Assembly: GCA_015680685.1 (NCBI GenBank)
Contig: MNCI01002485.1
Span: forward strand, 806,439-870,438
Origin: Gnetum montanum
Taxonomy: Eukaryota > Plantae > Gnetophyta
DNA: 64,000 nt
Reading direction: 5' to 3'
The translations under genes were made by a program, and so were the position numbers. Shown here piece by piece: positions 1-14,116 of this stretch (position 1 is its first letter; each line of letters starts with the position of its first letter). The notes under the pieces are model-generated. The model saw only the letters and a program-made list of their open reading frames with translations, searched no databases and was not told the origin of the DNA.

Positions 1-2313
1 TAAGCTATCTACTATTCATGGCCATAAGATAAGGTTAATCGTGTTGATGCGTGAGGAATCTCCATTAGCAACAACTACTTTAAGTAGGGAAAACTACCCA
101 TTTTTTAGAGGTATAATGTCATAAGATATGGATAAGTTGGTAAACAATGATTCGTGAATGTCTAATGTGACAATGCCTTGTATTTGTGTTGTTTTTTATA
201 GAAGTTAATTTAATTAATTATCATCCAATGTCTTGATGTTTACTAACCACTAATAGCTTAGTTATTCTTCTATGACAAATTTTTTCCATTGTTTTATTAC
301 TTTTTCTTATTTTTATCCTATCTATCATTTTCTTTTCCTTACCATTAGTTGTAGAAGTGTTTTGGATTATAAAGTGAAGGTATGGTATGATTCACAATCT
401 CTCAAATTCTAACTACAATCTCGACTGTGAGTCATAATTGCCTTAGCATTCATTTTACTAAGTTGGCCACCTATGATGGGGTGTGACCTACACATCCATC
501 ACATCTCGATTTTTAGTCATTGGTTCAATTATTAGTGTGACCTACTATGACTTGCAACCAACTATACTTGGAAATTTAGGATTTTCTATTTCTTGGATAT
601 TGTGGATGACTATGATTTGCAGTGCACCACACTATAATGTTCCATTATTCAACTTTCAAAACAGTGCAGTTACATGCAAGCCTTAGTTTATGAGATGTGA
701 CTAGGTGCAACCCATAATTGCTCACAACTAAAAATTGATTAAAAATTTTCATTATTGTGTTGCAATGAGTTGCAACTTGCAGTCAGTTGCAACATGATTA
801 AAAATAAAAAAAATAAAAAGTTGCATAAACAAAGTAATCATTCATTCTTTCTTGTAGAGCATCGTAGGTCCAATCTAAGAATACGATTGAGCTTCTACTT
901 ATGCATGTAGTTGCTAAATCTCACCTACAAGCTTCTTTCCTCATACAACATGCCAAAGGTAGGCCTCAAATTACCTAATTCTCATGTTTCCCCTAGCTAG
1001 ATTTATTGTTTCATGCTATTGCAAGCAACCTTGCATCATCAGTGTTTTTGCTAGATGAAATTGGATGTTTTTTATTTTTGCCAAAATCTTATTTTTTGTG
1101 TCTTTATTTTTCATTATAGATGTTGTAATTAAAAATTCCCCTACATTTTGTTTCTTTATTTTTCATTTTTGAAACTGTAAATCAAGCTAGGATTCTTAAC
1201 CCTTTACATACTACCTATTGATGATAATTCTTTTCTTTTTTACTATATAATATTGTTGACACATTTCTATCATTGAATGGAGTAGGCTTTATGGACTATA
1301 ATTCTTAAAGGGGAGTTATACATGGCTACCAAAGATAAAAACAACAAGGCCAAATTTTTATATCCTGTAGTCATAGTATCTTTTTAGTGGATTATTTCCT
1401 AGAAGTCTTTTCTTAGATACATTATGCATATTGAGACTATCAGCATTGAATTGCCCATTTTGAAGGCATAAGTAGAGCATTTAACATAGGTACTTTTCCA
1501 ACATTACTACATAAAGAAATTAAATTATATAAATGATTTTAACCATACATATAAAGGTTTTCATCAAACCATGGTAAAGGAGGACTATGAATTACATGAA
1601 TTTTCCTCTCTTTCTCATGCCCATGAACATCCATTATTTTCAAATTTATACAAATTCTTAGTTTTCCTTCCCAACATATGTGGAGCGTCTTATGTTTGTA
1701 GTAAATTCTTTCAAAGAGTTTATTAAAAAAGAAATAGAATGTTTGGACTATGCAACTCAAGAATTTGAATGAAAAGATTCATTTTAAATATATATATATA
1801 TTGTATCTAGCCTTGAAGATTTAGATCATGGTTATATGTCTAGCAACCAAAATCCTTGCATGATACTTTGTAGATTGCTGACCAATGAGTCTCTGCACAA
1901 TGTCCTTGAAATCAAAGAATTAGTAAACATTCCATTTAGGAGAAGTATAGTAAGAAACCCAAAAACATAGCTGGATCCAAGCTCAAACCTCTACTATAAA
2001 ATTCACATTAACAAACTATAGCATCCATGCCCTTGAAATGGCTTTCACTAAGGAAACTCTTAGATCTAGCACAAGTTGTTGCCTACTGTAAAAGGTAGCA
2101 ATAATAATAGCCCAAACCAATACAGAGGTAGTTATAGTGGTTATGGTGATGATGGTTATAATAATGGTGACCTGAAAATCCTCTATTTTAATCAAATTTA
2201 CTATCCATCTCCTTTGATGTTGGATCAATGATAGGATTAAGCAGCTCATTTTCACCTTCGCTGGCATACTAGGTAGACATTGTAGGCACCGAATTCGAAG
2301 CTTCCAAGGATGA

Positions 2314-3060
2314 TGCAAAAAATTTGGGCTCACCAACACCAAGAAAGAAAACTTGTTTAACAAGATTATTGCCTAGGATACCTCCTATATAGGTACAAAA
2401 GCCCAAGAATAGTCTCTGCTAAAGAGGGCCATGTGATGTTTTAAAATAGTAAATTAAATTGAAAATTGTGAAATTTGAAAAATTACCTTTGAAATTAAAG
2501 AGTAAAATAGGTAACTAAAAAATTTAAATTTTTTCTAGTCCCTACTGTTGTCATCGGTCCATTGCTATCAATGATGCCCACTACTAGGCAGGAAGACCCT
2601 GACCATTGTCGAAGAGGGAGAGAGAGAGAGAGAGATCAAGCCTACTATGGGAATGTACTACCTCTCTTCTATTGCTACTGCTATGGAGAGAAGAAGAAAC
2701 ATCCACTATGCACATGGAGAACATGCCTACTGCTACCTTGGGAGCTCACCTACTTGTCACATAGACCAGAAGGAAGGAAAGAGGTTGCTAGCATTGTCCA
2801 CCATTGGTGGCTAAAAGAGAAAAGAAAAATAAAATAGGGGAGCTACCAAAGAGAGGACATTTCCTAGTAAGTGACTGTCGTAGTGAGTCACATGTTGTAT
2901 GCCACCATACTACTATGTGTAATTAGGAAAATGGTAGAAGAAAAGGACTAATGTGCCTGCTACTACTATCAAGCCACTTGTTGCTACCCCCACACCTACA
3001 GAGAATTCCCTACTACTAACACAGAGAGAGGGAAGGCTATCAGTGCAAGGTGCAAAAGAA
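2314..3060 (+). mobile_element. Long TIR arm of a Mutator-like (MULE) element; left end of the composite insertion in the 5' LTR
   Basis: tgcaaaaaatttgggctcaccaacaccaagaaagaaaacttg... matches the arm at 9867 and the reverse complement of the arm ending at 11966. LTR homology stops exactly here. No TSD found. Confidence 0.6.
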
Positions 3061-5952
3061 GAGTGAAAAGTGCCACATGTTGGTTTCTTGGAGCGCTTGT
3101 GCCCCCCCCCCAAAGGATCTTTGATGCACACCATGGAAAGAAAAAGGTAGAAAATGAACCCCACTATAGACTGCTCCCATATGCCACCTACAGTTTTCCA
3201 TGCTATCTACTCTGAGCCACGTTTGCTACTATTGATGGAAAAGAGAGAAGGCTAAAAAAAAAGAAAGATCCCCTAATTTTGAAGCCCTGGGAGACCCTAG
3301 ATCTAATGATCCCCTCTCCCTTTTTTCTCTATGGCTATTTAAACATTGGCTGCCCAATAATGATGCCCATATTTTGCAATGGCCACACCACCACCCCATG
3401 ATTTGCGTAGCCATGAATGCACATGTTTTGTCAACAAAAGATCTGTAGGCCCATAGTTGTTGCCCACATTTGGTCTACCACATCTAGCACCACCATTACT
3501 CATGCTACATGTAAGTCCTATGTAACTCTTCCATCACATGGCAGCCATGAATGCCCATGTTTCAAATGGTCATTACAACCATGTCTCATGTTGGTTTCCA
3601 TGGTCTACTAGTTCTTATAATGTGGATGTTTTTGTTTCGTCCTAGTGTGAAAGTGATGTTCTACTGCGTGTTGTGAGAAATTGTCTAATCTGCAGCTTTT
3701 CAAACATTGTAACACATAGAATTCAAAGGTAGGGTAAAAAGACATAGTTACAAAATTATATATAATGATCATCATTCATCTTTATATTAAAATTCATCCT
3801 TTTTTTATTAATTAAAAAAAATTTAAAAATTAGTAGCACTTTTTTTAATAGATTCATCTTTTAACTAAAAATTTTGTAAAAGGAAGTTTATTTTTCATAA
3901 GAAAGTGTCACCACCTTCAGATTTTATGTAATAAATTTTTAAGATTTTATGCAATGATTTTTCATCCTTGCATGTATTTCAAGTGTTACTCACATTGCAA
4001 ATGCACTCATAATATATAGTTTTAGAAGATTTTCACTGTAGTTCAATTATTTAACCTTGATTACTTTAACCACACAACATTTTCATTCATAATTCACGTA
4101 GCTAACTTTACCAAAAGTGTTGTATCTAAATAATGTAATTTTTTTAAGTACTAGTACATTCTCATAAATGAGAAATCATATCCCAATTCACTAGCTGAAT
4201 TTTTTTTTGCCTTATATTTGTTAAGAAACATTATAAACGTGTATGGAGAAAGATTCATTACTCCCAAGGGATAATGTAAACTTATGTGGAAAATATAATC
4301 CAAGTCTAGGAAATTTTTTAAATATAAAATCTAGTAAACTTATGAAGAGCTGAAATGAAACCCCTATATCTCTATTTGTCTATCCACAATGAAACAATTG
4401 AATTCAAAATTACAGTCCATATAGTGTAGGTTTTTTTTTTGTGAATGACTCTCTACCTTAACTTTGTCTTAGTATGTGGAGAAAGTTTAGAAAGTGGACA
4501 AGGAAAAATTCATAATTTTATTTTATGTGTGGTTGGGGACCTTGATTGCATATATTTGTCTTTTCAAATAAAATCGGTATACCATTTGTTGAATTCCTAT
4601 GAATTATATCTATGCATTTTGACTATGCAACTACAATGGTCCACATGCCTATTGATGATGGCCCCATGCCTAGCATGGATGAGGTTGACCTCAACACTTA
4701 GCCCCAAAACTAGAAATGGCATGCAAGTGCAAGGAGCAAAAAAACCATGAAATTTTAAAAGGAGATGCAATAGATAAGGAATCACAAATACCACAAAATA
4801 GGAAAATGGAAACTTAAAAGTAAACTGTATTAAAATAACCATATAATCAAAAAATAACTAGACATGTGCCACCTTTACCACCCCATCTTATTTAATTAAA
4901 ATATAAGTATATGATTAAGATCTCATTCCCAATCTTTCCACAAGGTAAAAGTCAAAGGAATGTGGATTAATTGAGCAAAAGACCTATGCCAAACTTAATG
5001 AGGACAGGCTCAAGTTAAATCATAGCAAGTCACAACTTTTAGGTTTTTCCTTGGGATTCCTTTTTTTTTTTGAAAAATTAGAAAAATAGGTTTAAAAAGG
5101 AAAATGGAAGCTAGGGTGGGGATTGTTGTTAAACCCCATCACACTCAAGAACTGATTACACTACTACTGAACATGGTCCTCATTTTCTTTCTTTTTTTCT
5201 TTTTGTGGAAACTTTACTCATGGTGTACTTCATTCTTAAGGTAGGAATTCCAACATGAGTTTGGTTGATTAGCTGCACTACCAAAGAACATGGTGCTTTC
5301 AAAACTATGCCCTTGGTGCAGTTTAACCCTTGTGTATGTGTCTTTAATTACAATTTGATGGCATCATAGCAGGTCTCCTAGGTGGCTAAGGGTTCTCAAG
5401 TGAAGATGAACATACTTCACCCCATTGTTCATAGGGTAGCCATGGATCATAACACCTGAGGGCTAAGGATTATGAGAGGGAAAATGGATTTTTTCAAGGT
5501 CACCTAGTAATTATGGCTAACCATTCTCCATCATCACATATCCTACACTCATATGATCATCATGATTACATGATAAGTTAGCATAAATCTCATGTTCCAT
5601 AATCCAATAGAACTAATAAAACTAAAACCTTGAAAAAGACTAGGAAGAATCAAAGCATTATTGAAATATATAATATAAAGGAGACTTCATGTAATAGTAA
5701 TAAGAAATATTATATAAAGCATTACTAACATTATCTTCCAATGGTGCTATAATGATCTAACACCTAGTAACTCAAAAGATCATAATGATAATTAGAATCA
5801 TGTGAAAATAAAAAATCAAAATAATATGCTAAGAAAGAAATGATGGAAATGCAAAGAAAATATGCAAATGAAACTATGTACAAATGAAATTCATGGTAAA
5901 GAGGAAGAAAGCATGCAACTAAGAATCTACCAGGTGTCCACGTGGGGCACCT

Positions 5953-8194
5953 AAGTAGAAATGCTTCAAATGAAAAGTATTAAGATTCCTATGTATCCTA
6001 TATCCTTGCATGTTAGAAATTTTTTATATATTGGGGTCAATGACATCTTTAACTTGGAATGGGCCTAACCACATAAGGAGAGAACTTACCTTGAATATTT
6101 GCTCAGTCAAATGTTCTACCTCTTTCTAGGACTAGGTCTCCTATCTTAAAGAATTCACCAACATACTTCCTATTAAGACATCATTTAACAATTTCTCAAT
6201 AATTATCATTATGAAAATCAATACATAATCTTAACTTGTTTGTTTGTTTTCTATCAGAAACTAAATTTGGATGAATAATTTTAGATTCCACAAGTTCATC
6301 TTTCATCCAAGTTTCAATCTGAAGTTTAACAGGTCTTAGTCTTGGTGGGTCATTGAATATAGCCTTTCTAGGAACATGGTCAATGGATATATAATCAAAT
6401 TTTGACACAAATTCTAGTGTTTTAAGAGGTGTGGTCTTATTTACATCTTTGTCTCCCCCTAAAGGTATTGGATCATTAAGAAGAAATTCCTTTTCATGAC
6501 ATTGATGATAAGGTAAAGTATATTCATAGATTTTCACATACCTTAAAAGCTTGATAATATTGGGTAGAATATGTGTACATAAAATGGTTTATGCTTGTAG
6601 TTTCACACATATTTTCATTCATCAAATATTCACCAAGCCCTAGCTGAACCACTCCAATAAAGGGGTTGGTGTTTCGATTTCCTAGAGATTTATTTTGTTG
6701 ATCAAAAGTTGTTACCACTTCTTATAAAAGAGTTCTCTAGGTATAGTCATATATTTAGATTTTCCTTTGATAGGGATTAATAGTTCTAAGAAATCCAACC
6801 TAAAGAAGCCCCCAAAATTGGCTTCAAAAGTCCTAGATAAGAGCACATCATAGGTGGGCAACATGTCAGCTACTAGGATATTAGTGTAACATGTAAATGT
6901 AGGATATTGTTTAAGTTGCACCTTCACTTCTTTCAATGATCCTACTATAGGTACATCAGATCTATCTATTTGAATTACAATTTTTGTTTGTGGTGTCATT
7001 TGTGCTCCTAAAGCCTTACATACCTAAAAAGGCATGACACTAATAGTTGTGCTAGAATCCATCAAACAATTGTGGACATTCTTCCCTAAAATGATCAAAG
7101 TTGTTAGGAAAGGGGGTTGATCTTTCTTGCTTGACATGGAGTTGTTTGCATTCTGTATTGATAGCATGTTAGGACTTTCTATGAAGTGAACTTGCCTTTC
7201 AAGGATTGGGGATTTTTCTTTTTTGGTTATAGGCATGAGAGCTATATCTTGAATCACCTCTTTCATGTTGTTAAAGTGTAAAAGGTCATACATTAAATTT
7301 TTAGCTTTAACTTTCTTCAAATCCTCAACCAAATCATAAGTATTAGGTATGTATTTGGCCTCTAGTTAAGGTGGGGCTCTTCTAGGTAGAGAAGGAGAGT
7401 TTGGTTATTGTAGAGCATTTTTTTGGGATGATCTAGTTTGAGTATGTATGTTGCTTTGACTAGGAACTCTTCTATTTGGATGAGTATAAGGATTATTCCT
7501 AGTTTGTTGTTATGTGTTGTTCATGATGTCACTAGGTGTATGGTATTGAGTGTCATGTGGGTTGAGGTCACTTACCATAACTTGTTCTAATAAGGAAACC
7601 TCTTCATTTTCTGTTTCATGGGGCATATTAAGGATCCTCACAGGGGGTTTCTCATTTTGTTGACCTTGGGTATGGTCATCATATAATGCCAAAAATTGAG
7701 GAAAAGTCCTCTTAGAATGTTGCCTCATGTTATGGAGATGACAATAATCATCATTGATTGAAGCACTTGGCTTTTTTGGTTATATAGGGCCTTTGTTATT
7801 ATTTTTCTTGAGCTCAACCACTTCATTGGAAAGTTTTTGTAGTGAAGTCAATATTTGGTTCATTTGATCTTGAGTTTGAGTTGGAGGTTCAATAGGATTA
7901 GATACCCTGTTGGGGTTTGTGATGGATTGAATTAAGGCCTTCGATTGATCATCATTCAAACTAGTGTTAGATGATAGGAATGAAGAAGATGTGGGATCTT
8001 GAAAATAGTTGTTTGTAGGTTGAGTTAGTTAAAAGGGAGTGGGAGTTTGGAACATAGCATTGGCCATTGGAAAAGTTGGTAGAGGTAGAGGGTTAGATTG
8101 CATGGGGCTACTAACACTCGTCATCCCAAATTAGGCTTACATAATATTCATGAGGGTAATTTACTCTAACCCCAAAACTTTAGCCATCACCCCC
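5953..8194 (-). pseudogene. Internally deleted Gypsy/Tat gag-pol remnant: gag C-terminus, protease, RT N-terminus joined to integrase C-terminus
   Basis: Protease PPFLTTLIILGKNVHNCLMDSSTTISVMPF...YDVLLSR. RT start KDELVESKII...KLRLCIDF (6196-6537). Then directly FKIGDLVL..GKFSP..WLGPFQV...HLKHFY (integrase GPY/F tail, about 5953-6160). Confidence 0.75.
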
Positions 8195-9344
8195 TATATT
8201 TCTGTTATGTTGGGATTAGATTTGATGGCATAGGCAAAGAATGGATCGATGGTACAGATGTAAAAGTTGAGGATACCATTAGGTTGTGGATGCATCTCAC
8301 TTGGTGATGAGCAGTGAGGTATCCCTACACTCAACCATACGAATACAAGCGTTTCACACATGATTCGATTGAATTCCAAGGACTAAGTGCCTATGCGCCT
8401 TTGTGGAACAAGGACGGGTTGATTGATCGTTGTCTTCCCAAACTTACTTGTATGTCATGATTATATGGTTAAGTAAGCTTGAGGCATATGATTTTTATAT
8501 CTTTTATGTTTTTATGTCCAGCTGCTAATAAGGGAGAAAAGAGAGAGATAATTAAGTAACTACTTTATCTTAACTACTCATTAACTAAGTTCTAACTAAT
8601 CCTAACACTAGCATCTGTTCTCACTTTTCATACACATCATGAACCAGTGCAACACTACTGGGATTACCAAACACTAATTGTTACTGGGTTACCAAGTGTT
8701 ACACACATGCTTGAAGTGATTGTACTGAATGTAATTTAACGATTTGCTGAATTGATCAAAATGAATTGCTACGCTAATAACAAAAATGTAAAGTGCATAA
8801 AAAAAATAAAAAAAAATGCATAAGAAAATAAAATAAAAGAAATGGGTAAGAAAACAAATCTCAAGTCTACAAGGATGAATCTAAGAGCTCTTCTTTATTG
8901 CTATACACAAGGTATGCTTAGGTACACAATGCTTGAATAAAGGTCTATCCACACTTACACCTCCTGTTGTAGGCACTTGCAAAATACTCTAACTACAAAA
9001 GTTTTGCTACTTGACTCCTACTAGACTTGTTCTTCTGAATTCTTCTTCTTTATTCTTCTTAACTACCCCGTATTGTGCTCCTGGGCACTGTATTTATAGG
9101 CTTGGGAGAAACTACTCTAAAAATTACAAAAATTGCCACTCTAATTTTAGAGAAACTATCCCTTTAATTTTAGAGAGAAACTGCGACTCTAATTTTAGAG
9201 AAACTGCCACTCTAATAATAACCATTCTAATAATTAGAGTAACTTCTCTAATAATAACCACTCTAATAATTTGAGTAACTGCTCTAATAATTAGAGTAAC
9301 TACTCTAATAATAATTACTCTAATTATTAGAGTAACCGCTCTCA
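8195..9344 (-). repeat. Truncated or solo LTR-like sequence inserted in the gag of the minus-strand Gypsy remnant
   Basis: Non-coding block interrupting gag. Minus-strand TATA (tatttatagg at about 9090) lies next to a tandem array, typical of U3. No TSD or PBS found. Confidence 0.5.
9108..9344. repeat. Tandem array of semi-palindromic CTCTAATAATTAGAGTAAC-type units
   Basis: About 10 degenerate copies of ctctaa(t/a)...ttagag(t/a)aac are visible. Confidence 0.8.
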
Positions 9345-9775
9345 TCACTTGGCACATAAGCAAGTTGATGGAGAAATATTAAATTGCAATCCCTAAAATT
9401 TTTCCCAAGTAATTTTCTTAAGCTTGTGAAGTTACTTGAAGCCATTATAGGGCTTGTGAATTTGTTAAATTGAATCAACGACTTATTCTTGAACTCCTAC
9501 CATGAGTTAATGAAGGCATTGAGAAACATCAAGAACCATTGGACTACTTTAGTCTTGAATGTTATCACAAACACCTTACATGCCATATCATTTTGTACAA
9601 TGTTGTGAATCCCTAGTAAGATTTCAAAAGATTATATGTGTTGGCGGGCATCACTCATAGGGGTTGTGGGATCAAAGAATAAGTTTATGTTCTAGAGGGA
9701 TTTTAGAATGTCATGGTCATTAGTAAAGTTAAAGGGATTGCTTCCCAAGGGAGCTAGAGGTTAATGGGCTACCAT
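9345..9775 (-). pseudogene. gag N-terminal (Retrotrans_gag-like) remnant of the minus-strand Gypsy
   Basis: Manual translation ARQHI*SFEILLGIHNIVQNDMACKVFVITFKTKVVQWF...INSW*EFKNKSLIQF resembles the outer element gag at 14280-14500. Confidence 0.7.
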
Positions 9776-9866
9776 CCTAGTTTGAGTTCTCCTAGGACTA
9801 GAACTTGGAAAATGTAAAGCTTGACATTTCTTTAATTCAAAGAGATGGGTGACTAATGTAAAGCTT

Positions 9867-10363
9867 GGGAAAAATTTGGACACACCAACACTAGAAAATA
9901 TAACTCATTTTAGGAGACTATTACCTAGGGTGCCTCTTGTATGGGTATAGGAACACAAGAATAGTCTTAGTTGGAGAGGTCTACATGGCCTTTTGAAAAT
10001 AGTGAACACTCAAAAAAAGGAAATTTTAATTGGAATGCATTGGAATTTAAAATGGGTAATTTTCTAAAACAATAGGGAACTACAAAAAGATTAAATTTTT
10101 CCTTAGTCCTAGTGCTACTGCCATTTGTGCCACTAGTCAATTGTGGATGTCGTTGTAGCCAACACTGCTCATAGTCACCAAGAGAGAGAAGAAGTTGGAT
10201 CTTGAACCATCAAGAGAGACCGCCTACTACCATTGTTGTACTACTACATGTTTGGGGAAAGAGAAGAGGCTGCCCACTGCAGGCACCACCCACACTTCAT
10301 AGTCACTAGTAAGAGAGGGAGAGAAATCTATCTCTACTACTTACTACCACCATTACATGACAC

Positions 10364-10408
<45 letters not shown>

Positions 10409-11424
10409 GGTCCTTACTACTCACTCCCACCGTTAGTCACGCATAGCTACCACTTGCTGCCTATCATCACACATGCCTTGTAGTCTACCACTATCACCTA
10501 TCACGTCCACCACTATCATGCATTGTAGTTTTTCACACACCTTGCTAACAACTAGAGGGACTAAGAGCTAATCTTGCCCCTACTAGCACATAAATGCACC
10601 TTGTTGCTTCTACTCAAGCTAGGGAAAGGTAAAGAGGGAAAGAGGCTACCCAATGGGTGTATTCAGTCATCGGAGAAAAGGAAGAATTGTTGCAGCCTGT
10701 AGGAAAGAAAGAAACTAATCCTCTTGATTTCCCCCTCTCATGATAGGCAAAAGTATAGAAACATAGTGATGGCGTTACAACTATAGGTGTAGGTGTTGGT
10801 AGTAGTGACTCTTAACAACATGCAACATAGGTGATCTCCCAATGTGGTGCATCTTTCTCTCTCCATTGTAGCCCAACATAGACACATCAACAATAACACC
10901 TTAGTAGTGGTCCCGTTCTTGGCATAGTAATGTTACAGTGACTATAGCAGGGTTCTCCTTTTCTTTAGCATCTCTCTCTCTCCCTCTTCAATGGTAGTCT
11001 TCTAGGGGATCTAAGGTAGAGCCAACGACTTAAAAATTAGATCTTGGAGGCTACAGTTAGAAAACCTAGAGGTAACAGCTTCTTTTTCCTCAATGACAGA
11101 GGAGAAACCCAAGAGGAGTGATTTATTTCTTCTCTACGGTTTGCAATGGTTATTCCTTTTCTCTAGCGGTTGACAGCATTCATTGCATTTCCTCTTTCTC
11201 TCTTTACCTCTCACTAGCTCAAGCAAAAGTAGCAAGGTGTGTTGACATGCTAGTAGGGGCAAGATCAACTCTCAATTCCTCTAGTTGTTAGCAAGGCACA
11301 TGATGGATTGTAGTGCATGGTAGTGGTAGATGTGCCAAGTAATGGTGGTAGACTACAAGGCATGCATGGTGATAGGTAGCAAGTGGTAGCTGCACATGGC
11401 TGATGGTGGGAGTGAGCAGCAAGG

Positions 11425-11465
<41 letters not shown>

Positions 11466-11966
11466 ACATAACAGTGGTAGTAAGCGGTAAAGCCTAATTT
11501 CTCCCTCTCTTGTTGGTGATTGTAAAGTGTGGGTGGTGCCTACAGTAGGTAGCCTCCTCTCTTTTTCCAAACACTTGATGGTACAACAACAATAGTAGAC
11601 CATCTCCCTCAACAGATTGAGATCTAGCTTCTTCTCTCTCCCAGCAACTACGAGCAGTGTTGGCTATGGTGGTATCTGTAGTTGACTAGTGGCATGAACT
11701 AAAATAGCACCGAGACCAAGGAAAAATTTAATTTTTTTAGTTCCCTATTATTGTAGACAATTACCCATTTTAAATTTCAATGCATTCCAATTAAAATTCC
11801 CTCTTTTTTTGAGTGTTCACTATTTTCAAAAGGCCATGTAGCTCTCTATAACTAAGACTATTCCAAGTTTTCTATACCCATACGGGCCCATATGGGAGGC
11901 ACCCTTGGTAGTATTCTCCTAAAACAAGTTTTATTTCTTGGTGTTGGTGCATCAAAATTTTATGCC
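9867..11966. mobile_element. Non-autonomous foldback (MULE-like) element with about 880-bp inverted arms and about 330-bp spacer
   Basis: 9867 to about 10750 is the reverse complement of about 11082-11966, including (GA)n at 10367-10409 mirrored by (CT)n at 11426-11462. Termini start GG..AAAATTT, as is typical of MULE TIRs. No transposase and no TSD found. Confidence 0.75.
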
Positions 11967-13843
11967 TAAATAAGTGAAAGAAAGATGAAACCTAGCAGAC
12001 AATAAATGCTCATTTTAGCACTCAATACTAGTGAAGCCACTACGCCACTATTCATGTATTTGTCACCATACCAGCATTACTATCATCATCCATCCTTTTA
12101 TTCACCCATGCCATTGAAGACACAGAAGCCACACACATGCAGGAAAGCATCTTCTTTTCCAGCATAGGAAACCATGACTGCTAGAAGTAGAACCACAAGA
12201 CTCTAATGGAAAACATATCTAAGAGTGATTGCCAGAGAAAAAGGGGCAAAAAACATAAAAGGTGCAGTGTGTTAGGCTAGGAACCTTCATCCCTCACCAT
12301 GCAACACATAATAAACACTTGCCCTTAGGCTCATATGACAAGCTTGTGATGATAGTGGAGATAGAATTTTATTAATCGATGTTCTTGGTTATAGTATATA
12401 AAGAAAGTTATATATATTACTATTTTTGCAAGCAAGAGATTACAATACAAGTCTTAAAATAATTTTTAAGTATTTATTAAAGTAAAGAGAAGGCTATCTT
12501 TAAATGAAAAAGGAGATTATTTAGGAAGACACTTGCCAACTTTGGTTCAAATTACTCATAACTTCCAATAAAAATTACAACTTCTTATGGTGGTTATGAG
12601 TTAATATCCTAGATATTTGTAATTTACCTTAACTTTTTACAATGGTTGTAAGTATCCTAAAGGAACTATAAGAAGTACTTTAAAGGTAGATTTATGGGGA
12701 AATATGGAAGAAGGACAGTTAGAAGAATATTGAAGATTGTAAAGCATGGATTGCTAAAGATACCAATTTAGCTACTTCGTTTTAATCTTGTGTATTCTTT
12801 TCTTCCCATTTTTTCTTTAGTTACTTAGCTAATGGTTTAGATAGTATCGTTCTTGGCATTTAATTTTTGGATTTTTAGGTTGCTCTTATAGTTCTATTTT
12901 TGTGCAATAGTAGACTTCTATTAGGTTTTCCATAGAAGAGCGTATGCTGCCTTTGAAAATCATCTTGAGAAATTTAATAGTAATGTCTAATATAAATTGC
13001 CTATTTGAGTCTAGAGGATCTTGAAAATATTTGATACTTTGACTTGCTTGAAATAGCTTCATTTTTAAAAAATTTTATTGCCTTCAAATTTCAATCTTGA
13101 AATTGTTAAATTTTTTCTTCTAGTTCTATTGTTTGCAATTCTTGACAACATTAACTAGCCAGAAAAAAGCTTGTACTTATTGTTTACAAAGTATTTTGGT
13201 AGTGTAATAAGATTGTCTTTTACAAAATCTCTTGTTGGGATCAGAGGGTTTGGACAATTTATAATACTTAGATTTAATTGGCATAACTTTATTGTAAAGT
13301 GTTTCATTGTGTTCAATTTATCTTGCCTAAATGTTTGAGACTCACACAATTCTATTTTCTTTTCTTTTCTCTTTCTAAATCCTTTGAATCTCACTATATT
13401 TCTAGTTTTCTTATGGAATTTTCTCTCTAGGGAAAGAATTAAGAGTAGATTAGTAGAATTATACTTAAGCAATTTTGTGAAATTTGATGTGTTTCAATTA
13501 GCATACTATAGGGACTATATAGACTAAGTAATTTGGAAAAATAGAAATCTTTAATAACTCATAGTATTTGACAAAGTTAGCTAAATTTCTTGTATGATAG
13601 CCTATTACAATTTCATACACAAACCCAAGCATTTCAACATTTACAATAGCAACTATACATTTACGCATAGTTTGTTCTATAACCACTAAGTTTATTTAAA
13701 GGTACCTAGGCCTTAGTGTTGCCAAAAGACCAACAAGCACCTAAACACTGTATTAAGGAATACCTTCATTTCCCATTACTACCAAAGCCACAAGACTAGA
13801 GGCCAAAACATTGGTAGTGCCAAACAATTTCCAATAGCTCTTT

Positions 13844-13861
13844 TGGTGCTATAAGAAGGGC
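13844..13861 (+). promoter_or_regulatory. Primer-binding site of outer element (tRNA-Asn-like)
   Basis: tggtgctataagaagggc compared with TGGCGCTAGAAGGAGGG, the complement of the plant tRNA-Asn 3' end, just after the 5' LTR. Confidence 0.75.
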
Positions 13862-14116
13862 AAGAAACTTTGTTACCTAAATCATTACATCCAAAGAGAT
13901 CGATAGTGCTAGTGCAACAACAATTCTTTTATTGCTAGGAGAGCCTAAAAGAGTTAGCTAGTATTTTGAGTTAATAATCAAATAGACTAATACTTCAAAA
14001 GATTTAGAATTCTCTAATCTTAAAACTGATTATTCATCAAAAGAAGAAGAGAAAAAGTTCTTGAGTTTGGAACAAGTAGTGGAATAAGAACTAGAAGAAT
14101 AAAGAAATCACCTCTT

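Larger units (their letters stand above)
1254..13836 (+). repeat. 5' LTR of outer element (about 2.9 kb, split by the 2314-11966 insertion)
   Basis: 1254-2313 aligns to 42734-43757 and about 11980-13836 aligns to about 43805-45607 plus 52710-52727. Terminal CA has mutated to TA (ccaata). Confidence 0.85.

Noticed and set aside
400-850. Cluster of TTGCAAC/GTTGCA motifs suggesting a DNA-transposon subterminal region
   Set aside because: No TIR pair or TSD could be defined.
5933-5952. tRNA-Lys-like PBS resemblance on the minus strand (gtgtccacgtggggcacc)
   Set aside because: It abuts an integrase stop rather than an LTR end and has several mismatches, so it cannot be supported.
9011-9363. Repetitive Ile/Thr-rich ORFs on both strands
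   Set aside because: Translation of the CTCTAATAATTAGAG tandem array.
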